A DNA stretch of 62,620 bases from a virus (lineage: Duplodnaviria; Caudoviricetes). The DNA lies in the IMG/VR virus record IMGVR_UViG_3300008110_000094, positions 1 through 62,620 of that record; one strand, written 5' to 3'. Positions 19,588 through 31,100 of this stretch are shown here, piece after piece. The position numbers and the translations under genes are program-made. Each line of letters opens with the position of its first letter. Position 1 is the stretch's first letter. The notes below the pieces were generated by a model that made no database searches, was not told where the DNA came from, and saw only the letters and a program-made list of their open reading frames with translations.

Positions 19588-19616
19588 ATAATAGGGACAT
19601 GGCGCGCGAGTGTCAA
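19588..19616 (-). promoter_or_regulatory. Near-consensus sigma70 promoter of the moron
   Basis: TTGACA-N17-TATTAT on the - strand; TGACCCTG direct repeats at 19569-19587. Confidence 0.8.
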
Positions 19617-19638
19617 TGCTCACGCGCATTTCGATTTT

Positions 19639-19655
19639 CGTACCACGATGTTACG
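19639..19655. promoter_or_regulatory. 17-bp operator CGTACCACGATGTTACG
   Basis: Motif match in the divergent intergenic region. Confidence 0.65.
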
Positions 19656-19679
19656 CTACCCCAACCCCGGAGCACCGCC

Positions 19680-20042
19680 ATGTATGCCGAACCAGCCGAA
19701 CCCATGGAAGGCAACCTCACAGCCGACGAAGTGCAGGAGCTGCAAAGCCTTCTGACGCCCCGGCTGATGGACCTTCTGACCAAGGTGCTTCCCGAATCGG
19801 CTGGCGTGCTGGCCGAGTACGGCGGGGCCGGGGAAGATCCGTTCGACGATCCGGGGCAAGCCGCGATGAACGGCGAGCAGGCGCCCATGGACCCCGCCGC
19901 CAAACTCGAAGCGATGCGCGCCGCCGCCGCACCGCCGATGCCCATGCCCGGCGCACCCATGCCGCCCGCACCCATGGGCCCGCCCGGCGCCGTCCCGATG
20001 GCCCAGACGGGCTTGAGCCGCATGAAGATGGGGGCGCGATAA
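19680..20042 (+). CDS. Pro/Met-rich hypothetical protein
   Basis: GGAG RBS, ATG 19680. Confidence 0.7.
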   Translation: MYAEPAEPMEGNLTADEVQELQSLLTPRLMDLLTKVLPESAGVLAEYGGAGEDPFDDPGQAAMNGEQAPMDPAAKLEAMRAAAAPPMPMPGAPMPPAPMGPPGAVPMAQTGLSRMKMGAR

Positions 20043-20746
20043 TGGGCTGGTTTTCCGACTTTTTCGACACCGGGGATTGGGTCGGGGCGGCAATCGGCGG
20101 CGTGGCGTCGGTTGCTGGCGCCGTCATTTCCTCGAACGCCAACCAGCAGGCGGCCGAAAAAGCCTCGGCCGGTGCGCAGGCCCAGGCCGATGCGATCAAG
20201 CAGGGGAACGCGCTTGCGCAGCAGCGGTTCGAGACGGTGCAATCCCAGACCGCCCCGGCGCTTCAATACCAGCAAGAAGTCATTGCCGGTGCCAACGGGC
20301 TGACGCCGCAGCAACAGGCGGCCTTGGAAGATACGCGCCGCCAGACCAACAACGCGCTCGCCGTCTCAGGATTGCGGGGATCGGGCCGGGCCGCCGTCGC
20401 CGCCGTGCGCAAGACCGAGGCGGATTTCACCAACAACGCGCTCGACCAGAACAAGCGCCGCGCCGATCAAGCGGCTTCGAGCCTGTCGGGCCAGTATTTC
20501 AACGCCGGGAACCAAGCCGCCAACACCGACATTCGCTCGGGGCAGGCGCAGGGGCAGGCCAATTTCCAGACCGGCATGATCGGCGCCGACTACAGCATTG
20601 CCGATGGCACCCAGCGCGGCCGGGCGATCGGCGACATCGCCTCGATCATCAACGACACGGCCAAGGAAGGGCGGCGCTCGAACTACGGCGCCAGCGCCCG
20701 TCCTTCGGAATCCGTGAACCGCGAACCCGAAACAATGGCGGGCTGA
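20042..20746 (+). CDS. DNA ejection/pilot protein (P22 gp7-like)
   Basis: GAAIGGVASVAGA..S..A...AA...Q, GLRGSG motifs. Confidence 0.8.
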   Translation: MGWFSDFFDTGDWVGAAIGGVASVAGAVISSNANQQAAEKASAGAQAQADAIKQGNALAQQRFETVQSQTAPALQYQQEVIAGANGLTPQQQAALEDTRRQTNNALAVSGLRGSGRAAVAAVRKTEADFTNNALDQNKRRADQAASSLSGQYFNAGNQAANTDIRSGQAQGQANFQTGMIGADYSIADGTQRGRAIGDIASIINDTAKEGRRSNYGASARPSESVNREPETMAG

Positions 20747-20749
20747 ACC

Positions 20750-22150
20750 ATGGCAAGCGGACTGCAATTCATCACCTTCAATCCCGCGTCGGCCGCCTAC
20801 AACGAGGGGCAGGACCGCACCGAACGCCGCCGCGCGCAGGATCTGCAGATGCGCCGGGGCGAGTTCGATCTGTCGGAAGCCCAGCGCCAATCCGCCGAAA
20901 ACCAGGGCGTCGATGCGGCGATCCGCGAAGGTCTGACGCCGCCCGCCGCACCCCGTCCGCAAGCCCCAGCACCGGGCCCGGTCGATCAGGTCCGGGGCCA
21001 GGGGGAAGGCCGGATCGAAAGCGCACCCCTGCCGCCGACGCAAGGCCAGCCCGCCGCAGCCCCGCAGGCCGCCGCCGCGCCCCAACAGCGTGTAGGGACT
21101 CAGGTCGCCAACCGCCTTGCCCAGACGCCGGGCGGCGGGCGCGCAGCCCTCGCTTTGCGCCAGGGCGACGAGCGCCAGCGCGACGAGGCCGAAACCCGCG
21201 CTTTCCACTATTTGTCGAACCCCGCGACCGCCCATCTGGGGCTCGAGCTTGCCAACAAGATCGGCATGCCCGTTCCCCCGCAGTTGGCAAATAACACGGC
21301 GTTCTGGCAGGGCACGGCCATCGCCAAGCAGCTCTATCCCGACGATCCGGCGGCGGGCCAAAAGTTCGTGTCGGCCTTCGTCCAGGGCGGGGGCGGCGAC
21401 GTTCAAGCCTCGACACAAGCCGGTGTGCAGGCGGCCGGCGTGCCGCCCAAGCGTCGGCGCTACGGCACGGTGCAGGGCGACGACGGGATCGTGTTCTACG
21501 ACCTCGAAAACCCCCAGCACCAGATTGCGGGCCCGCAGCGCACGCAGGGCCAGTATGTGACCGGCAACGACGGCAATATGCTGTTTTTGCGGCAGGGCCG
21601 CACGCAGGCCGAACCCGTCACGGGCGTCGATGGTCAGCCGCTTGCCGCCCAGCGCTTTGGCGCCGCGCGCGGCGCGCAGGCGAGCGTGTTCCAGCAGAAG
21701 CAGCAGGCGTGGCTCGCCGCCAACCCGGGCGACGTGCAGGGTGCTTTGGCCTACGCCTCGGGCACCAAGCAAGTCGATCCGGCCACGGAACTGCGCATCG
21801 CCTCGGGCATTGCCAAGGTGGAATTGGGGAACGCGCCCGATCCGCTTCTTTCAACCCCGGCGCAGCGCGAAGCCTACCAGCGCTCCTTGCAGGCCCGCGC
21901 GCAAGAAATCGTCCAGGGCTGGCGCCAGCAGCAGCCGGGCGGGCAGGCGCCGCAACCCGGCGCCGCTCGACCGCCGCAGGCCGCACCGCAGCCCGGCGCA
22001 CCGCCGCCGATGGCGGCCCCGGCCATGCCCGCCGTGGGCGGCACGCGCGAAAGCCCCGCCATGCCGCAGACCGAGGACGAGTTCAACGCGCTCCCCTCGG
22101 GCTCCGTCTATGTCGATCCCGACGACGGCATCCTCTACGTCAAACCGTAA
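20750..22150 (+). CDS. DNA ejection protein (P22 gp20-like position)
   Basis: Q/A/P-rich; C-terminal 'E..ALPSG..Y.DPD.G....KP'. Confidence 0.7.
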   Translation: MASGLQFITFNPASAAYNEGQDRTERRRAQDLQMRRGEFDLSEAQRQSAENQGVDAAIREGLTPPAAPRPQAPAPGPVDQVRGQGEGRIESAPLPPTQGQPAAAPQAAAAPQQRVGTQVANRLAQTPGGGRAALALRQGDERQRDEAETRAFHYLSNPATAHLGLELANKIGMPVPPQLANNTAFWQGTAIAKQLYPDDPAAGQKFVSAFVQGGGGDVQASTQAGVQAAGVPPKRRRYGTVQGDDGIVFYDLENPQHQIAGPQRTQGQYVTGNDGNMLFLRQGRTQAEPVTGVDGQPLAAQRFGAARGAQASVFQQKQQAWLAANPGDVQGALAYASGTKQVDPATELRIASGIAKVELGNAPDPLLSTPAQREAYQRSLQARAQEIVQGWRQQQPGGQAPQPGAARPPQAAPQPGAPPPMAAPAMPAVGGTRESPAMPQTEDEFNALPSGSVYVDPDDGILYVKP

Positions 22151-22162
22151 GGCTCAGACCGT

Positions 22163-25100
22163 ATGGCTCGTTTCCAAGGTATCCCTCTCGACCAAGCCCC
22201 GATCGAGCAGGCCCCGTCGATGGCCGCCCCGCGCGCACCGCGATTCCGGGGGACGCCCCTTGAAGGGCCCAAGCCTGTCGCCGCTCCCGCGCCCGTGGCA
22301 GCACTTGCCCCGCCGCCGATCGCCGAGGCGCCCGCACCCTCCGAAATGCCCGACATCAACCCGCCCACCATGCCGCAGGCTGCACCCCAGCCCGCAGCGG
22401 GCGGCCTTGGCGCGCAGATTATGCGGTTCGGCAAGGATGCCGGCGCCTCTGTCGTGGCTGGCACGGGATCCATCATGCAGTTCCCCGGTCAGGTCTATGG
22501 GCTGGCAACCGGCGATTTCGATACGATGTCCACCCGGGGCGGCGAGGCCGTTCGGCAATTCGGCCAATCCCTCAAATCGCCCGAGCTGCAAGAGAAGGAA
22601 CGCCAAGCCCAGGCCGTCATTGCCGAGGCCGAGAAAGACGGCTTCGGGGCCGAGGTCGGCGCGGTCCTCAAAACCTACCTCAGCGATCCGGTCCTGCTTG
22701 CCAATTTCACGGTCGAACAATTGCCGTCGCTTCTGGCGACGATGGGCTTCGGCAAACTCGCGCAATGGGGCACCCAGGTTGCGGCCAAGGTCGCGCAGCG
22801 CGGTGCTGTATCGGCGGCCACACTGTCCCGCGCCGGGCAGGCCGGGGCCATCACGGGCGGTGCCGCGATGCAGGGCGCATCCGTGGGCGACGAAACCCGC
22901 GATGCAATTCTGCGGCTTCCCGACGCCACTTTTGCGGCCTCGCCCGCGTTCCAGGCCCTTGTCGCGTCCGGTATCGACCCGCAGGCGGCCAAGGAACAGC
23001 TTGCGCTCGAGGGTGCTCGCCTTGCCGGTGCGGCAGGGGCCGGTATCTCCGGGGCCACGGCGACGTTATTGCCGGGCGTGGAGCGCATGGGGTTCGGCCA
23101 AGCGAGCACGCAAGGCATCATCCGGCGCGTCCTGACGGGCGGTGCGGCCGAAGGCTTCCAAGAAGGTCTGGAAGAAGGCGGCGGCCGGTTTGCCCAGAAC
23201 GTCGCTGTCCAACAGATCGATCCCGACCAATCGCTCTTGCAGGGTGTGGGTGCACAGGGCACCATGGGCGCCTTGCCGGGTGCCGTCACGGGCGCTGGCG
23301 TCGCGGCCCTTTCCGGCCGTGAGGATGCGCCTATTACCCCCTCAATCGCGGTCAATGGCGGCCCGCCGGTGCGGGTTGAGCCCACGTTCGACGCTCCCAC
23401 CCAGCCCCCGCCCCCGCCCAACCCGCGCGCAGGTGCCCGCTTCGGGACCGGCGATACCGTCCTGCAGCCCGCCCCCCTCTCGACGCCGCGCTCGCGCAGC
23501 GACCTTGCCGCCGACTTGGCCGACCCGCGCCCGATCGCGGAAATCGACGCCGAGCGCCAGCAGCGGGCCCGTGAGCAGCAAGTTCAACTCGCCAGCCAGT
23601 ACGGCTATCCCGCGATCGGGAGTGCCTTCACGTTCACCTTGCCCGATGGCGAAACCGTCCAGGGCGTCATGGAAGGCGTGCAGCAGACCAGCACCGAAGG
23701 GCTGGCGCGCATCCGGGGCGCCGATGGTCAGATGTACGTCCTCGGGGCCGACGAGTTTACAGTCACCGAAGGAACCGGCGACAAAGCGGACCCCGTGGTT
23801 GTCAAAACCGCCGAGGACGTTGACATCGCGGCCCAGCAGGTTGAGGCCCCGACCCCTGCCCAGGCCAAGGCCGGAAACTACAAGCACGCCCATCTTGAAT
23901 GGGAAGGCTTCGACATCGCCATCGAAACCCCGCAGGGCGGAACGCGCAGCGGCGTGGGCAAGGACGGCAAGCCGTGGTCCGTCACCATGCCCCACCATTA
24001 CGGACGCCTCAAAGGCACGATCGGCGCAGACGGGGATCAGCTCGACATCACGATCGGCCCCAACCCCGAGCAAAACGGCGTTGTGTGGGTGATCGACCAG
24101 ATCGACCCCGATACCGGCAAGTTCGACGAACACAAAATCATGGCCGGGTTCGAGATGGGCGAGGAAGCCGAGCAGGCCTACATCGACGGCTTCTCGGACG
24201 GGCGCGGCATCGACCGGATCGGCGCCGTGGAGCGCATGGATCTTGCCCAATTGCGCCAGTGGATCGCCAACGGCAACACCAAGAAGGCGCTCGCCTACAA
24301 CGGCACGCCCAAGTATCGCGAGTACCGCATCCCGGCGCCAGCGCAGGCCCCCGGCGACAATTACCGTGGCGGCCAGCGCGGGCCCGCCTTCGACCTTCCG
24401 GCCTCGCAGCCGGCGCCTGCGGCTGAGCCTCCGCAAGCGCCCGCCGAGGGTGCGCCGTCCCGTGAAAACGGGGCGGCTGCGTCCCCCGAGCCTGCCCCGG
24501 CGCCCGTCGTGCGCCCCGTGCAGCCGAAACCGCAAACCCTCGCAGAGCCGGAACAGGCCCCCGATTGGTACAAGGAACTGACGGAGACGGGCCGCCGCTT
24601 GCTTTATGTGCGCGCTGGGTTCACGGCAGGCGAGGTCAATCGCCGCGCCAAAGTGACGTGGAACAATATCAGCCCCGAGGTTCGCAAACGGCTGGAAACG
24701 GCAGCCAAAGCGCCGCAGCCGGAAGCCGCACCCCGACCGGCCTACATAGGGAAGGGGCCGGATTTCGCCAGCGGGCGCAATGATGCCCTCGCTGGCAAGC
24801 CGCGCGTCATGCCCACCTACTTCACTAAGCCCTACGGGAAAAACGCAAGGAACTGGTTGCTTGGATGGGATGCCGGTAAGGCCGAGGCCGATCAAACTAA
24901 GGCGTCGGAGGCGCCCCCCGCCGCCCCTCAGAAGGCGCCGCGCCCGAACGACATCTTCTTCAACAACAAGCAAGAACTGGTCGAATACCTGACCGACCGC
25001 TTGCCGAAGGGGTACGAGGTTGACCGTGGCGGTGATGGCCCTGGAAGCCCCGTTCGGCTGTTCGGTCCCGGCGACAAGCTGATCGACGAGTGGGTTGGCA

Positions 25101-28100
25101 GACCCGAACGCGCGCGGATCGACAAGGTGATCGAGCGTGCCAAGAAGGCCGCCGCCGACGCGGCCAAGCCCGCCCCCTCGCCAAAACCCGCCGAACCCGA
25201 TATGCTCCCGGCACAAGCGGAGAATGAAGATGTCGTTCAGCCGAGCGCAGTACCTTCAAGCCCTGCAGGATCAGAACCCGGAGCAAGCGCGGGAACTGCG
25301 CCGCAGCGGGCAGATGTCGAAGCACCTCGCGGACAAGGCGAAGGAGTACGAGGCGACGGAGCGCGCGGCGATGGCGAACGCCGACCCGAGCGACGAGAAC
25401 CTCGCACGGATGATCCGCGAGCAGGTGCAAGCGGAGACGTTCGACCTGCCGATGCAGCGGTAGCCGACAAGCGCCCTGACGCGGAGGTCAAGGGCGAGAA
25501 CCACGTCATTGAAGCCGGTGCGCTGGGCGAAAGCCGCCCGTGGCGCCAGAAGGCACTCGACAATATCCGCGCCATCGAATTGATGCGCCAGATCGAGGCA
25601 GAAGGCCGCCCGGCGACCAAAGCCGAGCAGGCCGAGCTTGCGCTCTATGTCGGCTGGGGCGGTATTCGCAACGCCTTCCCCGATGCCCAAGGGGCTTACG
25701 GCAAGGGCTTCGAGACGATCGGCAAGAAGCTGCGCGAGCTGCTTTCGGACACCGAATACAAGACGGCTCAGCGCTCGATCCAGTACGCGCACTACACCAG
25801 CGAAACGATCGTCCGCGAAATGTGGCGCGCGGCCCAGCAGCTTGGGTTCAAGGGCGGCAAGGTGTTCGAGCCCGGCATGGGGGTGGGCAATTTCGCGGGC
25901 ATGATGCCGACCGACGTTTCGGCGGCCAGCACCTATCACGGGCTCGAGCTTGACCACACGACGGCCCGCATCGCGCGCTTGCTCTATCCGCGCTTCGGCA
26001 TCCGGCAGGACGATTTCACGAAGGCCCCGATCCCCGCCGACACCTACGATCTGGCGATCGGCAACCCGCCCTTTGCCGACGTGGCGATCAAGTCCGATCC
26101 CGCCTACGCCAAGCATGCGTTCCTCCTGCATGACTATTTCTTCGCCAAGTCTCTCGACGCGGTGCGCCCCGGTGGGCTCCTGATGTTCGTCACGTCGGCG
26201 GGCACCCTCAACAAGATCGACACCGCCGCGCGCGAATACATGGCCGACCGGGCGGATTTCGTCGGCGCCATTCGCCTTCCTGGCGATGCCTTCGAGAAGA
26301 ACGCCGGAACCAGCGTCACGACCGACATCATCATTCTGCGCAAGCGGCTCCCCGGCGAGACAGCCGGCAGCAAGGCTTGGACCGAAACCGTCGAACGCAC
26401 CCTGCCCAACAAGGACGGGGCCAAGCAGTCCGGTGCGGTCAATCGCTGGATCTCCGAAAACCCGGAAATGGTGCTCGGCGACGAAGGCTTTTTCGACAAG
26501 CTCTATCCGGGCCGGTACGGCGTGCGATCGAGCGAAGGCGACTTTGCGCCCAAGCTCAAGAAGGCCGTCGATGCGCTCCCCGCCGACGTGATGACGCCGT
26601 GGCAGGAAACCCAGGCCGAACGCGCCGAGGTCGATTTCGGGACCAAAGAGCGCAAGGACGGCTCGTTCTATCTCGACGCCAGCGGTCGCTTGATGCAGAT
26701 GCGCGACCGCGTAGGCCAACCCGTTCCGCAGCGCGGGAAGGGTGCCACGGGCGGCAAGACGGGCGCGGAAATGGCCCGCATCAAGAAGCTGGTCCCGATC
26801 CGCGATGCGCTTCGCGCCGTTCTGGACGCGGACCTGTCCGAAGATTCCGCCAATGCGGCCAAGGCCCGCAAGCGGCTCAATGCCGCCTACGACGAGTTTG
26901 TTGCGGAGTTCGGCCCCATCAACAAGGCCGAACTGTCCGAGCGCCGCCCCAGCGTCGTGCAGCAGGAAAGTGCGCGCTCGGACGCGCGCGAAGAAGCCCG
27001 GTTCAACGGTCTGCCGTTCGACGAAGGGACGTTCGATCCGCGCCAGATGATAGTGCAAGGCAAGTCGCTGGCCGAAATTGCGCGTGCCCGGAACGCGATG
27101 CGCGAGGAATACGCCAAGGCCGGAAAGACGTTCGACGAGGGCACGTTCGATCCCGACGACATGCCCGACATCATCATCGACAAGCGCCCCAACGTCGATG
27201 CGTTCATGGACGACCCAGAGTCCTATCGCTTGCGCGCGATCGAGGACTACAACGACAACACCGGAGAGGCCAAGAAGCGGCCGATCTTCGAGCGCAACAT
27301 CATCACGCGCGAAAAAGAGCCCGAAATCAAATCGGTCAACGACGCCTTGCTCTACGTCCTCAATCGGCGTGGGCGCGTGGCGATCGACGAAATCGCGGCA
27401 GCGGTCAACATCACCGTCCCGCAGGCCATCGAACAGCTTGGCGACCGCATCTTCAAACTGCCCGGCACCCAGGACGCCTACGAAACGCGCGACGCCTATC
27501 TGTCGGGCAACGTCCGCAAGAAGCTGCTTGAGGCCCAGGCGGCGGCCGAGCGCAATCCCGAGTTCAAGCCGAACGTCGAAGCGCTCGAGGCTGTCCAGCC
27601 GACACCGCTTACCCCGTCTGAAATCTCGGCCAATCTCGGCATGCCGTGGTTGCCGACTGACGTGATCGAATCCTTCGGCACGGAAATCGGTCTGACCAAA
27701 CTGAAAGTCGGCTATCTGCCCGCCTTGGCGTCGTGGAACGTCTCGGGCGACGATAGCTCGTCGGCCGCGCGCACCGAATGGGGCACCGCCGAACGCTCGG
27801 CGCCGGAACTGATTTCCGACGCGCTCAATCGGCAAGATCCGAAAATCTACGACGAGGTTCGCCAGCCTGACGGCACGAAAACCCGCGTTCTGAACACCGT
27901 CGCGACCCAGGCCGCCCAAGACAAACTGCAAGCCATCAAGGCCAAGTTCTCGGAATGGGTCTGGTCGGATGCCGCCCGTGCGGATCGTCTGGCGACCCTC
28001 TACAATGACAACTACAACAACCTCGTTGTGCGCCAGTACGACGGCGACTATCTCACCACCCCCGGCATTGCGGCCGGCTGGTCCTGGCGCCCGCACCAGA

Positions 28101-31100
28101 AGCGCGCGATTGCCCGCATCATCCAATCCGGCAACACCTACCTCGCGCACGCGGTCGGGGCGGGCAAAACGTCCGAAATGATCGGCGCCATCATGGAACA
28201 GCGCCGGTTGGGGCTCGTGCGCAAGGCCATGGTCGCGGTCCCGAACCACATGCTCGGCCAGTTCACCAAGGAGTTCTACGAGCAGTATCCCACGGCAAAA
28301 ATCGCGGTTGCCGACGAGCGACAATTCCACACCGACCGCCGCAAGCAGTTCGTGGCAAACGTGGCGAATGACGATCTGGACGCGATCGTCATCACGCACT
28401 CGGCCATGGGGCTTATCCCCGTATCCCCGGAGTTCCAAGACGCGCTGATCCAAGAGCAGATCGACAATTTCCGCGACCTTCTCTCGGAGTTGGACAAAAC
28501 CGACCGCATCACGCGCCGCCGCATCGAGAACGCTATCGAACGGCTCGAGCAGCGCTTGTTGGGCAAGGCCAAGAAGCAGGATCAGGTTTACACGTTCGAG
28601 CAAATGGGCGTCGATCAGCTATTCGTGGACGAGGCCCACCTGTTCCGCAAACTCGACTTTGCCACGAAGATGTCGGGCGTGAAGGGAATCAGCCCCGAGG
28701 GGAGCAAGGCGGCCTTCGATCTGTATGTGAAGGCCCGCTACCTCGAAACCATCAATCCCGGTCGAAGCCTCGTCTTGGCATCGGGTACGCCGGTCACGAA
28801 CACGATGGCCGAGCTTTACACCGTCAGCCGGTACATGCAGCCGCAGGAACTTGCGGAGCGCGGCTTGGCGCATTTCGACGCCTGGGCGGCGGCGTTCGGA
28901 GACATGGCGACGGAGTTGGAGCAGGACGCAGCCGGGGGCTACAAGCCGGTCACGCGCTTTGCGCAGTTCGTCAACATCCCCGAACTGTCGGCCATGGTGC
29001 GGCAGCAGATGGACGTGGTTACGTCCAACCAGCTCGAGCAATACGTCGTGCGCCCGAAGATCAAGGGCGGCCGGCGCGAGCTGCATATGTCCGAAAAGTC
29101 GCCGGAATTGGCCGACTATCAGGAACAGCTTGCCGGTCGCATGAAGGCGATCGCCAACCGGAAAGGGCCGCCGAAGCCGGGCGACGACATCATTCTGTCC
29201 GTCATCAACGACGGGCGCCATGCCGCCATCGACATGCGCTTGGTCAATCCCGACCTTCCGGCCGATCCCACGTCGAAGCTCAGCCGCATGATCGACCGGG
29301 TGTTCGACATCTGGCAGAAAACCAAGCGCCAGCCGTTTCACAAGGCCGAAGGCGGCAAGTACACCGAGAAGCCCGTCGATTACGGCCCGGCCACGCAGAT
29401 GATTTTTTCCAATCTCGGCATCGGCGGATCGCGGCCCTTCAACGTGCACACCTACATCGTCAACGAACTGGCCCGGCGCGGCGTGCCGCGCGCCGAGATT
29501 GCGCAGATCGCGGATTTCAAAACCCACGTCGCCAAGCAACGCCTGTTCAACGACATGAACGAAGGCAAGGTGCGCGTGCTGATCGGCTCGACGGCCAAGA
29601 TGGCAACCGGCGTCAACGCCCAGCGCCGCCTCTACGCGCTGCACAACCTCGACCCCCTCTGGTATCCGGCCGACGACGAGCAGCGCAACGGTCGCGCCTT
29701 GCGTCAGGGCAACATGAACCCGGAAATCGAAATCAACGACTACTCGACCAAGGGCACCTACGACTCAACCATGTGGGGCATGATGGCCCGCAAAGCCGGG
29801 TTCATTCAGGGCTTCTTCGAGGGCGACAAGTCGATCCGGTCGATCGAGGATTTGGGCGAGGCGAGCTTGTACGAGCAGGCGAAGGCGCTCACCACGAACG
29901 ATCCCCGCCTGATCCAGTTGACGGAAACCAAGCAGGAATTGGAGAAGGCGCGGCGCCGCCGTTCCGCGTTCGAGTCCGAGGTCTGGTCGGTCAAAGAGAA
30001 GATCGCGGGCGCCAACCGCTCGATTGCCTACGCCAAGCGCCGTATCCCCGATGTCGAAAAGGACATCGCCCAGCGGATCGAAACCAAGGGCGATGCGTTC
30101 AAGGGAGCCGTCAACAGCAAGAAATTCGACGAGCGCCCCGAGTTCGGCAACGCCTTGCTCGCCCAGATGAACGACATCGCGGAACTGGAAAGTCCGACCA
30201 AGGCCAAGAAAATTGCCGAGGTCGGCGGCTTCCCGGTCATGGCGTCATCGCAAAAGGCTTGGTATGCGAAGCCCGGCGACCCGTTGAAGGTGTCGGTCTA
30301 CCTCGACCGCAACGGCGATTTCCAGACCGACATTGCAGAGTCGGAATCTGCCCTTGGTCTGGTTCGCAGCATCGAATATGCGCTCGGAAAGTTCGAGTCC
30401 GAGCGGGACGGCTATCAGAACAACATCGCGGCGGCCGAGCGCACGATTAAGGACTACACGCCGAAGCTCGAAAAGAAATTCGACGGCGACGAAAAGATCA
30501 AGGAACTGGCGGAAAAGCTCGCCCGTCTCGAAGCCGACATCAATGCGGACGCCAAAGCGCGCGATGCGGCGGCGGCGGCACAGCAAGCGGCGACCAAGGC
30601 CGAGGATGAATCCGGCGAAGAAATGCAGTCGCTGCGCAACACGGGCCGGGCGCGCAACGGCGAGAAGGTCAAACTCGGGGCGCCCATCGTCGATCGCAGC
30701 CTTGATACCCTGCGGGCCGAACTCTACGCGGATCTTCGCGAAGAACTGGACCGGATCGGGCTCACCGACGTTGCCCTGAACCTTCCCGACTATATCGCGC
30801 GCGGGGACGGGGAAGGCGGGGTCCAGTATTCGGCCGGCCGCCAGCGGTTCTGGGGCGACGCGCAAGTGCTGATCGAGATTGCCTTGACCGAAGCGAACGG
30901 CGCCGAGGTTCAAGTCGATCCAAACTCGACTCTGCACCACGAAGCCGTCCATGCCATGAAGCGGCTCAACCTGTTCAGCCCGGCCGAGTGGAAGGTGCTG
31001 GCTGCGCGGTCGGAAGCCGTGTGGGTCAAGGAATACGGCCTGACCGACAAGGACTCCGGCTACAATAACCTGCCCAAAAACCTGATCCTCGAGGAAGGCA

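Noticed and set aside
24565-24992. Additional nested ORFs in the giant gene (24565-24783, 24780-24992)
   Set aside because: No clear RBS or promoter, and the main frame there looks like folded protein.
25271-28603. 1110-aa - strand ORF, and similar long antisense ORFs such as 23342-25216 and 3807-5132
   Set aside because: Mirror frames of strongly codon-biased genes; no RBS or domain evidence.
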